A DNA stretch of 64,000 nucleotides, from positions 1,024,001-1,088,000 of the forward strand of contig OZ251219.1 of the NCBI GenBank assembly GCA_965240465.1, given 5' to 3'. Every line of letters starts with the position of its first letter. Positions within the stretch are counted from its first letter, which is position 1. This stretch comes from a bacterium. Its GTDB lineage: Bacteria; SAR324; JACQKK01. Below, piece by piece: positions 1 to 10,577 of the stretch. The notes beneath the pieces were generated by a model that saw only the letters and a program-made list of their open reading frames with translations, ran no database searches and had not been told where the DNA came from. The position numbers were made by a program, and so were the translations under genes.

Positions 1-1060
1 TTAATAAGCGAGGACTAAAAATGTGGTCAATCAGTCTATATCTGTTGATAAGAGGCAGAGCCTGAGGCTGTTTGAACAGGGCTGCCGTACGACAGTTGCT
101 ATATTCACTCACTAGCAGACAAGCAGAAATATTTACGCTGTCATCAGCGGTAAGGCTGACAAAATAATCGGCTTGTTTAATGCCTTCTTCTTGTAGTACG
201 GGCAATTCCATGCCATCAGCTTGTAACACTAACCCGTGCCTTAGGGTTCGGGAGATTACCTGACATTGCTCGGGGTCAACTTCCAACACTCGCACGCCCA
301 GACCGTGCTTTTCCAATCTGCATGCTAATGCTAGCCCAATGTTTCCTCCTCCATTGATAAACACTCGCCTCCCCGACTTACGCCGTATCTGCAAAATCTT
401 CAGCAACTGCTTGAGACACTGGGTAGGGCAGAATAAGTACAGCTGATCACCATCTTGAATCATGTCCTGGGCACCGGGCACAAAACTCATTTCTGTGCGT
501 TGAATAGCTGCGATCAGGCAGGGAATTTTTTCTCTGATTTGCCTGCCTAGTTTCTCCACCGTTTGACCAGTAATAATTAAAGACTCAGCCACTGAAATGC
601 GTACCAACAACATACGCCCTCCCATAAAAGTGGCAATATCGGTCACTTGAGGGTGTATAATCAGTTGTTCCAAATGATCGGCGACTACTTCATAGGGGTT
701 AATTAGTAGGTCAATGTTATTAAACTGCGAAACCCCATTCCCGCTGGTACTCAATTGCTTGACCCGGGCGATGGTAGTCGGAGAGCCCAACTCTTTGGCT
801 ACCAAGCAGGACAATAAATTGGCATCATCCCGATCGGTAACTGCAATGAACAGATCAGCTTTATCCACTTGGGCTTTTCTGAGAGTCTCTTGATGAGCAC
901 TGTTTGCTTGCAGTGTCCTCACATGAAAACATTCCTCCAGATGCTTTAATACGACGTCATCCAAATCTATTACCCGAATGTCTGCCTCCCCTGACAGGGC
1001 TTCCGTCAGGTGATAGCCAACTTCGCCTGCCCCAGCAATCACTAATCGCATAGGAATCAT
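1..1060 (-). CDS. trkA: Trk system potassium transporter TrkA (3' end runs off window)
   Basis: Manual translation of the minus strand from ATG at 1060 (or 1051): MIPMRLVIAGAGEVGYHL...; a second Rossmann motif FINGGGNIG near 340-365 gives the two-RCK architecture. Not in the ORF track because it is partial. Confidence 0.9.
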   Translation of the reverse strand, partial: MIPMRLVIAGAGEVGYHLTEALSGEADIRVIDLDDVVLKHLEECFHVRTLQANSAHQETLRKAQVDKADLFIAVTDRDDANLLSCLVAKELGSPTTIARVKQLSTSGNGVSQFNNIDLLINPYEVVADHLEQLIIHPQVTDIATFMGGRMLLVRISVAESLIITGQTVEKLGRQIREKIPCLIAAIQRTEMSFVPGAQDMIQDGDQLYLFCPTQCLKQLLKILQIRRKSGRRVFINGGGNIGLALACRLEKHGLGVRVLEVDPEQCQVISRTLRHGLVLQADGMELPVLQEEGIKQADYFVSLTADDSVNISACLLVSEYSNCRTAALFKQPQALPLINRYRLIDHIFSPRLL

Positions 1061-1122
1061 GTCGTGATCTCGGCAGTATTTACCCAGCTCTGCTTTTGCT
1101 TGTTTAGGGTTTTTATTATTTT

Positions 1123-1158
1123 TGCCTTCATGTCGCTGATGCCTTCATGTCGCTGATG
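1123..1158. repeat. 17-bp tandem duplication (tgccttcatgtcgctga x2) in the trkA-lepB intergenic region
   Basis: Read directly from the sequence. Confidence 0.9.
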
Positions 1159-1298
1159 TTTTGTGTATCTTTTTATTTAGTTATTAGTACACGCATGCAA
1201 CTAGTAATTATGCTAACACATCTTGCCCTTTACTTTTAATCAACGCTACAATTCGTCGCTCAACAGGTTTTTCTTCGTCATTATTCAGCAGTGTTTGC

Positions 1299-2141
1299 AT
1301 GTTGCCCAAGCGATATTATATCCACCCTCTCTTTCTTATAGAACTTAGCCAATACGGACTGCGTCCCCAGCTACTGCAAGCCTTAAAAGCCCTAGAACAC
1401 AAACGCATCAGAGGCAAATCTAGCTTCTTGCAGCAGCTCAATGATTTGCCTGTGGAATCATCTTTGGATGAACGCCGTTTGATATCCCACTTTTGCAAGA
1501 TAGGCTGGCTACCCCTGCAACGCATTATTCCCAACCGAGGCATGAGAGAATGGGTAGAAGCCTTGCTATTTGCCTTAATTGTAGCCTTCACCGTGAGAAC
1601 CTTTCTCTTTGCCCCTTTTAAGATCCCTTCTTCCTCTATGGAGACTACCCTGTTGGTGGGAGACCACCTGTTCGCCTCAAAGTATTCTTATGGAATTCCA
1701 GTCCCCTTCACCGATTATAAACTTTTTCCAAAGCCCATCCAGCGGGGCGATGTAATTATCTTCCCCTTCCCTGATAATCCTAAACTAGATTACATTAAAC
1801 GCGTTATCGCTCTGGAGGGAGAAAGATTGGAAATCCAAGACCAGCAAATCTTAATTGATGGCAAACCACTGGCTGAACCTTATGCTTACTACCAACCGCA
1901 GTTGCTCAAGCAGCTTCAGCTAAGCGGTTTATCCATGTCTAGGTTGCCGATTCGTATCCCCGATCAACACCTCTTTGTAATGGGCGATAACCGTCTTGCC
2001 AGTGCTGATAGTCGGGTGTGGGGCTTTCTAGATCAAAGAACCGTCAAAGCCAAAGCCAAGCGAATTTACTGGTCTCATGATAGCCGCCAAGGAGTATTTA
2101 AGGGGTATCATTGGAAGCGTATCGGCAGAGCAATAAAATAA
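1299..2141 (+). CDS. lepB: Signal peptidase I with N-terminal extension
   Basis: Motifs IPSSSM (catalytic Ser), DYIKRVI (Lys), GDNRLASADSR. Confidence 0.95.
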   Translation: MLPKRYYIHPLFLIELSQYGLRPQLLQALKALEHKRIRGKSSFLQQLNDLPVESSLDERRLISHFCKIGWLPLQRIIPNRGMREWVEALLFALIVAFTVRTFLFAPFKIPSSSMETTLLVGDHLFASKYSYGIPVPFTDYKLFPKPIQRGDVIIFPFPDNPKLDYIKRVIALEGERLEIQDQQILIDGKPLAEPYAYYQPQLLKQLQLSGLSMSRLPIRIPDQHLFVMGDNRLASADSRVWGFLDQRTVKAKAKRIYWSHDSRQGVFKGYHWKRIGRAIK

Positions 2142-2260
2142 CTAAAGTTTGTAGAATATGCGTGGAAAAGTTCACCATTATGAAAAGGTACAGCCTCGGA
2201 TAAGTAAATACGGGGATGGATTGATATGCCAGAAGAATATAATTAAAGAAGAATTTTAAG

Positions 2261-2334
<74 letters not shown>

Positions 2335-2362
2335 AATAAGTACGGATTGACTATGTTGCTCA

Positions 2363-4282
2363 TCAACTATCCTGATTGATGTTCAATAACTCTTCTGGGG
2401 TGGTGCTCCCAGCCTGTACCATGTCTAGCCCCCAGCTGAACATGGATTTCATGCCAGATTTTTCGGCGGTTTTACGGATAGCATTGGAGGAATTTTCAGT
2501 AAGAATGGTTTTTTTTAAGTTCTCATCCAAGACGAGCAGTTCAAACACTCCCAGTCTTCCATGGTAGCCAAGTTGCTCGCACTTTTGGCAGCCCTTGGCA
2601 TGCCAAGTGGTAATGGTTTTAGCTTTCTGGGATGAGAGCCCCAATTCCAGAAGCATTTTTTCTCCTTGGGGGTCTTTTTCTTTGCAATGTTGGCAAAGAC
2701 GACGCACCAGCCTTTGTGCCATCACTGCATTAACGGTTGAAGTTACCAAATAAGGCTCCACCCCCATGTCTATCAAGCGGGTGATGGTAGCAGGAGCATT
2801 GTTGGTGTGGATGGTGCTAAAGACCGAGTGTCCAGTAAGGGCAGCTTGGGTAGCAATGATGACGGTTTCCCGATCACGCATTTCACCGACCATTATGACA
2901 TCCGGGTCTTGGCGTAGCATGCTACGCAATGCACTAGCAAATGTGAGGCCCGCCTTAGGATTGATTTCGGTTTGTGAGTAGCCAGGGAGTTTGTACTCCA
3001 CAGGATCTTCAATGGTGGCGATGTTTTTACGTTCACGGTTCAAGGTATTGAGCAGTGCATAAAGGGATGTTGTCTTACCGCTTCCCGTAGGTCCACTGAT
3101 AAGAGTGATTCCACCACTTTTGCGAGCAGCCCGTGCCAATGGATTACTTAGTTCCTTGGGCATACCCAGACTGAAAAGGTTCATCAGTTGCTGGTCTTGA
3201 TAAAGTAGACGCATTACCGCTTTTTCACCTTGGATGGTCGGCATTATTGAAACACGAATATCAATACGGCGTCCGGCAACCAGTACTAGTGTGCGTCCGT
3301 CTTGGGGCGAGCCGCGTTGGGCGATGTCTAAGCGAGATATGATTTTGACGCGGTTAATGAGGCTACGCTGGATGGCTTTTGGGAAATCGGCAATGTTGTA
3401 AAGAATGCCATCAATACGGAAGCGCACCTTGACTTCATCTTGGTTGGAATCCAGATGAACATCACTGGCGTTGCGTTGAGAAGCCTGATAAAGCAGGGAG
3501 TTCAAGAGACGTTTGATTGGTTCTTCGTCGCGGGCATCAATCAGATCTTCGGGTTCTTCTAAGCTCCAATCGGAGGAGGCGTCTATTTCAATGCCTTCCA
3601 TCAGGTCGCTAGATTTTTCTTCTCCGCGCGATTTCTCATAGGCACGGTTGATCAGCCCCAAGATTGCTTGACGGGTGCTCAGTACCAAAGACATGCTCTT
3701 GCCCAGACGGAAGGCTGCATCTTCCATGGCGTTGGCGTGGCTAGCATCTTCGGCAGCGATTATTAGACAGCCATTTTTTTCAGCCAGCGGGCAGAACATG
3801 AACTTCTTGGCATACTGGATGCTAATATCCGAGATAAAATCCGCAGGAGCAATGGTAGCTTTGGGATGAGGTTGGAATTCCAGTCCCAGCAATTGGGCAG
3901 TAGCCGATTGAACTGCCTCTGGCGATGCCAATTTCTTATCTATCAAATGAGTACGCAGACGCGTCAGAGCCACAGGATATGAGGGATCTAATCCATTGAG
4001 GGCTTGGATTTGGGCTTGTTGGAATTCTTTGAATTGCTGAGGGTCTTTTTTTTTGGTGGCTTTCAGCAGAATTTCTAGCAGAGGATGTAGAGCCTGCAAG
4101 CTGGCAGGATTTCGTACTGCCACCTTTCCATTAGATGCAGGAGTGTGGGTAGATTTAGAGGGAGACTTCTCCTTGGATCTTGACAAATCAACGGACGCAC
4201 AGGGCTCTTTTGCCAGCTTTTTAGGCATGGTGGGCTTGGCAGGAGTTTTTTGAAGGGTGGTTGGCATTATCGGTGACCGCAA
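2363..4282 (-). CDS. gspE: GspE/PilB-family secretion/pilus assembly ATPase
   Basis: ASDVH, Walker A GPTGSGKTT, TIEDPVEY, LRQDPDVIMVGEMRD, tetracysteine motif. Confidence 0.9.
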   Translation of the reverse strand: MRSPIMPTTLQKTPAKPTMPKKLAKEPCASVDLSRSKEKSPSKSTHTPASNGKVAVRNPASLQALHPLLEILLKATKKKDPQQFKEFQQAQIQALNGLDPSYPVALTRLRTHLIDKKLASPEAVQSATAQLLGLEFQPHPKATIAPADFISDISIQYAKKFMFCPLAEKNGCLIIAAEDASHANAMEDAAFRLGKSMSLVLSTRQAILGLINRAYEKSRGEEKSSDLMEGIEIDASSDWSLEEPEDLIDARDEEPIKRLLNSLLYQASQRNASDVHLDSNQDEVKVRFRIDGILYNIADFPKAIQRSLINRVKIISRLDIAQRGSPQDGRTLVLVAGRRIDIRVSIMPTIQGEKAVMRLLYQDQQLMNLFSLGMPKELSNPLARAARKSGGITLISGPTGSGKTTSLYALLNTLNRERKNIATIEDPVEYKLPGYSQTEINPKAGLTFASALRSMLRQDPDVIMVGEMRDRETVIIATQAALTGHSVFSTIHTNNAPATITRLIDMGVEPYLVTSTVNAVMAQRLVRRLCQHCKEKDPQGEKMLLELGLSSQKAKTITTWHAKGCQKCEQLGYHGRLGVFELLVLDENLKKTILTENSSNAIRKTAEKSGMKSMFSWGLDMVQAGSTTPEELLNINQDS

Positions 4283-4339
4283 GGGGGCAGAGATTAAAGA
4301 GCAGACCTCTATGGAGAGTGTAACACATTTTAGTGCGTT

Positions 4340-6409
4340 TCAATCCCATTGGACGGTAAAATTGTTTTGTTGCCGTTGTTGGATATGGAGTTCTTCAACC
4401 AGTTTTAACTTAACTTGGTGAGTAAGCTGATTAGGTAATTCATCCAGAAAGCGAGAGGGGATGGTGATCTCGGCTCTACCGCCAGTATAGCTAAGTAGGG
4501 GTGAACTTAAATGCAATTCCCGGCGGCAGCGGGTGAGAGCTACGTAAAAGACCCGTCTTTCTTCTTCTAGCTTGGAGAGGGGTTCCAAGCAGCGAATGTG
4601 GGGGAATTTTCCATCGGAGAGACCGATCAGAAAGACGACCTCCCATTCCAGTCCTTTGGCTTGGTGTACCGAGCTCAGCACCAGTGAATCTTGCAGTGGG
4701 GTGTTCGTATTTTTCTCTGCTTCGGCTACTTCTTGGGCTAAGGCAAGTTGACTGAGTACTTTCTCTAGGTTGGAATACCCCATGGCAAAATCTACCAGAT
4801 AGGCTAGATCGGCGTCGCGTTCTTTCGGGTTGTCAAAGCGTTGAGCGATTAAATCATCATAGAAATGCTTTCGGGCTTGCTGGAGCATTTCTCCGGGGTG
4901 AGGTTGAGCGATTTGCATGGCTACAAAGGCTTGAGTTAAACGCTCCCAAAGCAATTTGGCTTTCTTGGGAATCGTCTTGATGAGCTCAGTATTGTCTGGC
5001 GTGATACTCACTTGGCCTTGCTTGGCAAAGACACGATATATTTTTCCAGCCGCAACAGCCCCCACTCCGGGAAGCATGCGTAGCAATCTCAACCAAGCTA
5101 CCTCATCCAAGGGATTGTGCAGTACTCTTAAAAAGCATAGGGCATCTTTAATGTGTGCCTGCTCAAAGAATTTTAGCCCGCTCCGCACCACAAAAGGAAT
5201 ATTATGCTGAGCCAAAATCGTCTGCAAAGCCGCAGATTGTGCATGACCCCGATATAACACCCCCATCTGACCAAAGGGAATATCCTCCTCATCACAATAG
5301 TGCCGCAACTGAGTAGCCACGTACTCGGCTTCCTGATGGACATCATAGGCCTGAATGATGGTGGGCAACTTACCAGACTTTAAGGATGGTCGTAAATGTT
5401 TCTCAAACTGCTCCCGATTATTAATGATGCTATGATTAGCTAGTTCTAGTATTTCGGGCGTACTGCGATAGTTTTGCTCAAGGGTATAGATCTTGGCTTG
5501 GAAACGCTCGGGAAAATGCAAGATGTTTTTAAATGAAGCTCCCCGCCAGCTGTAGATTGATTGAGCATCATCACCTACCACCATCAGGTTGCCGTGAGGT
5601 TTGGCTAGTAGGCTCAATATTTCTCCCTGAATGTGATTGGTGTCTTGGTATTCATCCACCAGGAGGTACCTAATACGGCAGCAGAGTTCTAGTGTTTCGC
5701 CATGCTGGAGCAACAATTTATGCCAATTATCTAGTAGGTCATCAAAGTCCATGCAGTTGTTGGTTTTTTTACGTGCCTGAAACTTTTCCCGAATAGCAGA
5801 TAGATGTTCTCTAAAGTCCAACCATTCTGGATTTTCTTCTTTCAACTGAGCTTCCAAAGACAGATGCCGATTGAAACTTTTAGAAAATAGGTCCAGCATG
5901 GCATCGGTTTTAGGAAAAGTTACCGTATTGGCAAATGGAGGATGTTCTCCTAAAATGTCGCTGGCAGCAGCTCGGGCTAGTTCGCGGGCATCGGCAGCAT
6001 CTAGAATGGTGTAATTGTGCTGGTAACCCAGCAAATCGCAATGCTGACGCAAAAAACGATTTGCTACACTATGAAAAGTACCAGCCAGCATCCGAGACAA
6101 GAGGTTCTCCTCTGCCAAACCACCGCCTTGGGGAACCAGTAATGCTCGGGCACGTTCCAGCATCTCTCGGGATGATTTATTGGTAAAGGTGAGCATCATC
6201 ACTGCTGAGGCAGGCACCCCCTGACTTAACAAATGGGCGACCCGATGAACAATCACTCTTGTCTTTCCGCTACCTGCTCCTGCGATCACCAAAGCATGAC
6301 CATCCTTGTGACGCACAATCGCCTGCTGTTGATCATTTAGCTCTTGCAGAGCTCGTTCTGCACTAGCTGATTGCTCCGCTGAGGCAAATGGCGGTAAAAT
6401 AGGGGTCAT
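4340..6409 (-). CDS. UvrD/PcrA-family ATP-dependent DNA helicase
   Basis: AGAGSGKT, TFTNK, LVDEYQD, VVGDDAQSIY, QNYRS, HQAKGLEW, EERRVFYVALTR. Confidence 0.95.
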   Translation of the reverse strand: MTPILPPFASAEQSASAERALQELNDQQQAIVRHKDGHALVIAGAGSGKTRVIVHRVAHLLSQGVPASAVMMLTFTNKSSREMLERARALLVPQGGGLAEENLLSRMLAGTFHSVANRFLRQHCDLLGYQHNYTILDAADARELARAAASDILGEHPPFANTVTFPKTDAMLDLFSKSFNRHLSLEAQLKEENPEWLDFREHLSAIREKFQARKKTNNCMDFDDLLDNWHKLLLQHGETLELCCRIRYLLVDEYQDTNHIQGEILSLLAKPHGNLMVVGDDAQSIYSWRGASFKNILHFPERFQAKIYTLEQNYRSTPEILELANHSIINNREQFEKHLRPSLKSGKLPTIIQAYDVHQEAEYVATQLRHYCDEEDIPFGQMGVLYRGHAQSAALQTILAQHNIPFVVRSGLKFFEQAHIKDALCFLRVLHNPLDEVAWLRLLRMLPGVGAVAAGKIYRVFAKQGQVSITPDNTELIKTIPKKAKLLWERLTQAFVAMQIAQPHPGEMLQQARKHFYDDLIAQRFDNPKERDADLAYLVDFAMGYSNLEKVLSQLALAQEVAEAEKNTNTPLQDSLVLSSVHQAKGLEWEVVFLIGLSDGKFPHIRCLEPLSKLEEERRVFYVALTRCRRELHLSSPLLSYTGGRAEITIPSRFLDELPNQLTHQVKLKLVEELHIQQRQQNNFTVQWD

Positions 6410-6411
6410 AT

Positions 6412-7239
6412 TTATGCTTCCATAATTTTTGTGTTAAAACGATTCTCCTGAGAAATATATTGCTCAATTCTTTCATTAGCCATTTGGACATAGTTCGGAT
6501 TTTTTTCAATCCCGATCCACTGGCGGCCTAATTCAGCAGCGGCGATGGCAGTGCTACCAGAGCCGATAAAGGGGTCTAAGACGGTATCATTGACGGTGGT
6601 GCTACAAAGAATCAGTTTTTTAAGCAGTTGAATCGGTTTTTGACTAGGATGTCCGCATTTTTCACGGGATGAGCCTTTTAGGCTCGGGACATTGATGATA
6701 TTGGTGGCAAATTTTCCTTGTTTGAGGTAGCTTAAACGGGCGTCCTTGTTTTTGTAGCGGCGGTCTCGGGCATAGGTTTGGATGGTCACTTGGTCATAAG
6801 GTTCTCTGACGGCTTCCTTGATGAATTTTACCGATTGGCTACGGTGTTTGAGAATTAGGATCATCTCGTAGGCGGGGCTAAAACTATCTCCTCGTTGGTA
6901 ACCGACCATCCGATTCCAAACTAGCAGGTCATGAAAAGCAAATTGCTTGCACATGTTGGACATCAAGTGCAAAAAAGGGTGTTCTCGCTTGCCTAGCTGA
7001 CCGAAGCAAAATAAAAGACCGTCTTTTTTTAGTACTCGCATAGCAGCAATGAGCCATTGAGCTGACCAAGCTAACCAATCCTCAGCAGAACTCCATTGGG
7101 TATCCCATCTAGTGGTAGTGAGGACATTGTAATAAGGGGGATCTGCGATTACCGTCTGTACCGATTTAGCAGGTAGATTACCCAGGGCCTCCAGAGTATC
7201 TTGGTAAAGGATGGTATTAAGGGGCAGATTCCGTTCCAT
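6412..7239 (-). CDS. Orphan N4-C/N6-A DNA methyltransferase (beta-type motif order)
   Basis: Catalytic DPPY near the N-terminus; HPSQKP and SAM-binding DPFIGSGS near the C-terminus. Confidence 0.9.
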   Translation of the reverse strand: MERNLPLNTILYQDTLEALGNLPAKSVQTVIADPPYYNVLTTTRWDTQWSSAEDWLAWSAQWLIAAMRVLKKDGLLFCFGQLGKREHPFLHLMSNMCKQFAFHDLLVWNRMVGYQRGDSFSPAYEMILILKHRSQSVKFIKEAVREPYDQVTIQTYARDRRYKNKDARLSYLKQGKFATNIINVPSLKGSSREKCGHPSQKPIQLLKKLILCSTTVNDTVLDPFIGSGSTAIAAAELGRQWIGIEKNPNYVQMANERIEQYISQENRFNTKIMEA

Positions 7240-7438
7240 ATAACTAGTCTAGGGCGGGGAAGATGGGTGAGGGTTTCAGGAGGTTGTAGTATTAATTATT
7301 AGGGGTTGAGGATCGGCAAATGCACCATATGTGGTGACACACAGGCAATGGTAACAAAATACAAGCTTCTTAGCCAAGTTTGGTTTGCACAGCTATCTTG
7401 AGTAAGTCCATAATGAGAAGGGTGGGTTGGGTATTTTG

Positions 7439-7511
7439 GCTGGCGTAGCTCAATTGGTAGAGCAGCACATTTGTAATGTGCAGGTTGCGGGTTCAAGTCC
7501 CATCGCCAGCT
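7439..7511 (+). tRNA. tRNA-Thr(TGT)
   Basis: Cloverleaf; anticodon arm gcaca-tttgtaa-tgtgc; no encoded CCA. Confidence 0.95.
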
Positions 7512-7654
7512 CTTGGGCTATCAGGGGAAGTTGCAGTTCTCCCAGAAGACCTTGATGTTCCTATACGCATGGGGTGTCCTGTTCAGTGGCAGGAGTAAAT
7601 TAGCTTGAATTGAATTTCTGAAAACGGCACAATCCTCTGTTGATGTTTGCCCAC

Positions 7655-7736
7655 GGGGAGATTCCTGAGCGGTCAAAAGGAGCAGACTGTAAATCTGCCG
7701 GCTTAGCCTTCGGAGGTTCGAATCCTCCTCTCCCCA
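7655..7736 (+). tRNA. tRNA-Tyr(GTA)
   Basis: Cloverleaf with long variable arm; anticodon arm gcaga-ctgtaaa-tctgc. Confidence 0.95.
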
Positions 7737-7885
7737 CTCCTCGTATTTTTAAGACAGACATTGAATAGCTTTACTTGTTAAACACATTTATTTGAGACCG
7801 CACCAAAGATAAGCCAAAATAATGCAGTACCATTATGTTAGTAATGTTGTGGATACATTAAAGATATCTCTTGAGGATTTCTCAG

Positions 7886-7957
<72 letters not shown>

Positions 7958-8070
7958 TTTTATGATGACAATCTAGAAAAAATGATAAACATGTAACATA
8001 GAAGAAACAACACCTAGAATGGTATAAAATATCCAAGGCAGACATGTGGCAGAAGATATTAATCCATAAA

Positions 8071-8144
8071 AGGCCAGTAGCTCCAATTGGTAGAGCATCG
8101 GTCTCCAAAACCGAATGTTGTGGGTTCGAATCCCTCCTGGCCTG
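8071..8144 (+). tRNA. tRNA-Trp(CCA)
   Basis: Cloverleaf; anticodon arm tcggt-ctccaaa-accga; canonical position upstream of secE. Confidence 0.95.
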
Positions 8145-8348
8145 CTATGCTTTGTCCGTTGCGGGTAGTTTATTGCAGGTAGTCTGGTTCAGGTGGTCTA
8201 TTTTGCGGAACTTTTGTCTGATTAGTAATTTACGGGTTGCAACATTTGGCTTCCATCTCCTATCTTTTTGGCGTATCGTGGTGAAGTGGATTTATTGATA
8301 GGAAATTGTTAAGCATTTTAAGAGCATCGTGAAGAAGAAGAATTAAAT

Positions 8349-8534
8349 TTGTTTGCCAGAATCAGAATTTTTTTTAGTGATGTAGTTACCGAATTCAAAC
8401 GGGTTTCTTGGCCTACCCGTAAGAACACCGTTCAAGCTACTGTAGTGGTGGTCTTTATCACGTTGTTGATGGCCGTCTTTTTAGGGACGGTAGATGTGGG
8501 ATTATCAGAAGCAATCAAGCACATTATTGGTTAG
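8349..8534 (+). CDS. secE: Preprotein translocase subunit SecE
   Basis: EFKRVSWPT motif plus one TM helix; synteny with tRNA-Trp and nusG. Confidence 0.93.
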   Translation: MFARIRIFFSDVVTEFKRVSWPTRKNTVQATVVVVFITLLMAVFLGTVDVGLSEAIKHIIG

Positions 8535-8576
8535 CAGCGGCTGATAAAATGGAATTGTTTTCTTGTAGGTTTTACG

Positions 8577-9290
8577 ATGGATACTGATATGAATGAACCA
8601 TCTTTGGAAAGCAAGGTAGCACCGCTGCTTGCAGACAGTAAGGATTCTGAAAGTTCTGTTCCCTTACAAAAGCAAGCTGAATCCACCGGTGAGGAAACTC
8701 AGCCAGAAGGTTCAGTGCATGCTTCCTTGTTTGAGGGCGATCCCAACAAGAACTGGTATGTATTGCGTGCCCGTTCTGGGTATGAGCGCAAGGCACACGA
8801 TGCCATTCTGGCACGGCTTAAAAATAAAAAGATGGAACATCTGGTAGAAGATGTGTTTATCCCTGGAGAGGACGTAACTAGAATCAAGGCTGGTAAAAAG
8901 CGAAAAACCCACTTACTCTATTTTAATGGTTATGTGCTTATAAAGATGAAATTAACTAATGAATTGTGGCATCTGTTGATGGATGTTCCCAATATAAGCG
9001 GTTTTGTGGGAGGCACTAGTGAACAGCCTCGTTCTCTCAGCAAGAAAGAACTGACAGATATATCTTCCCTAATGAACGAGGGTATTCGTCAGGAGGTGAT
9101 GAAGGAAGAATACGAAGTCGGTCAGCATGTGATGATCATAGAGGGACCTTTTGCCAATTTCGCAGGAGAGATTGCCTCGGTAGAAACTGAAAAAAGCAAA
9201 CTACGGGTGATGATTAACATCCTCGGGCGGGCTACGCCAGTGGAATTAGACTTTACAAAAGTTCGTCATCACGTAGAAGAGAAACAATAA
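8577..9290 (+). CDS. nusG: Transcription termination/antitermination factor NusG with acidic N-terminal extension
   Basis: NGN domain (WYVLRARSGYE) and KOW motif (IIEGPFANFAG...GRATPVELDF). Confidence 0.95.
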   Translation: MDTDMNEPSLESKVAPLLADSKDSESSVPLQKQAESTGEETQPEGSVHASLFEGDPNKNWYVLRARSGYERKAHDAILARLKNKKMEHLVEDVFIPGEDVTRIKAGKKRKTHLLYFNGYVLIKMKLTNELWHLLMDVPNISGFVGGTSEQPRSLSKKELTDISSLMNEGIRQEVMKEEYEVGQHVMIIEGPFANFAGEIASVETEKSKLRVMINILGRATPVELDFTKVRHHVEEKQ

Positions 9291-9353
9291 CCACAGTTTA
9301 GCTGTGATGGATATTCCGGAAGTTAAACTAGTAATCTTCAATGAATTCAAGCT

Positions 9354-9791
9354 ATGGCAACAAAAACAAATAAAAAAATAACAGGCATCGTTAAAATGCA
9401 GCTCCCTGCTGGGGGAGCAAATCCTTCTCCTCCGGTAGGACCTGCTTTGGGTCAACACGGAGTAAATTTAATGGACTTCTGTAAGGCGTTCAATACTCTT
9501 ACTCAGTCACAAAAAGGGATGATTATCCCGGTAGTGATTACCATTTATGCTGATCGCTCTTTTAGTTTAATCACCAAAACACCTCCTGCCGCGGTATTGA
9601 TAAAAAAAGAGATCGGCTTGGAAAAAGGATCAGGCGAACCCAATCGTAAGAAGGTAGGCAAGATCAATCGGAAACAGCTAGAGGCAGTAGCAAAGATAAA
9701 AATGCCCGACCTAAATTGTCATGACTTGGATGTTGCGGTTAACATTGTAGCTGGTACAGCTCGTAGCATGGGTGTGGAAGTGGAAGGTTGA
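9354..9791 (+). CDS. rplK: 50S ribosomal protein L11
   Basis: [17 protein letters not shown] motif. Confidence 0.98.
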   Translation: MATKTNKKITGIVKMQLPAGGANPSPPVGPALGQHGVNLMDFCKAFNTLTQSQKGMIIPVVITIYADRSFSLITKTPPAAVLIKKEIGLEKGSGEPNRKKVGKINRKQLEAVAKIKMPDLNCHDLDVAVNIVAGTARSMGVEVEG

Positions 9792-9879
9792 CTTGGGTGT
9801 GGCAGGTAGGATAGGCATAGGCATTGATAGGATAGGGTTATGGCAGGTATATATTTTACTATTTGCATGAGGAGAAATT

Positions 9880-10569
9880 ATGTCTAAACCTAGTCGCAAA
9901 CGAAAAGAAGTATTGAAATTGCTGGCGGTAGACAAACGATATTCTCCCCAAGAGGCGGTGCGTCTGGTAAAAGAGACCGCCAAAGCTTCCTTTGATGAAG
10001 GAGTGGATGTAGCTGTGAATTTGGGAATTGATACTCGTAAATCGGAGCAGCAAGTACGGGGAACCGTACAACTGCCGCATGGAACTGGCAAAACCGTACG
10101 AGTGCTAGCCTTAGGCAAGGGAGAAGCTCTGGAAAATGCCAAAAAAGCAGGTGCTGATCATGTAGGAGGCGAAGAAGTAGTAAAAAAAATACTAACAGGC
10201 TGGTTAGAATTTGATCGTCTAGTAGTTGCACCTGATCTGATGGCGGAAGTCGGAAAAGCAGGAAAGGTACTTGGACCACGCGGGCTGATGCCTAATCCTA
10301 AATTGGGCTCGGTCACTCCCGATCTAGGACGAGCCGTGGAAGCTATCAAGGGTGGTCAGATTGAATTTAGGGTAGACAAAACGGGGATTATACATGCACC
10401 CTTGGGAAGAGTTTCCTTCAAAGAGGAGCAACTACAGGAAAATTTAGACACTCTTGTGAAAAGCATCCAACGCCTAAAACCATCTTCTGCTAAGGGGGTT
10501 TATTTGTGCAGCATGAGCATCAGTGCTACCATGGGTCCTGGCATTCCTGTTGATGTTAGTTCCTTTTAG
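9880..10569 (+). CDS. rplA: 50S ribosomal protein L1
   Basis: VRGTVQLPHGTGK, LGPRGLMPNPK. Confidence 0.98.
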   Translation: MSKPSRKRKEVLKLLAVDKRYSPQEAVRLVKETAKASFDEGVDVAVNLGIDTRKSEQQVRGTVQLPHGTGKTVRVLALGKGEALENAKKAGADHVGGEEVVKKILTGWLEFDRLVVAPDLMAEVGKAGKVLGPRGLMPNPKLGSVTPDLGRAVEAIKGGQIEFRVDKTGIIHAPLGRVSFKEEQLQENLDTLVKSIQRLKPSSAKGVYLCSMSISATMGPGIPVDVSSF

Positions 10570-10577
10570 CAGGAAGC

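Noticed and set aside
4340-7239. Restriction-modification or helicase-based defence island
   Set aside because: No nuclease, specificity subunit or integrase; the helicase looks like a housekeeping UvrD/PcrA.
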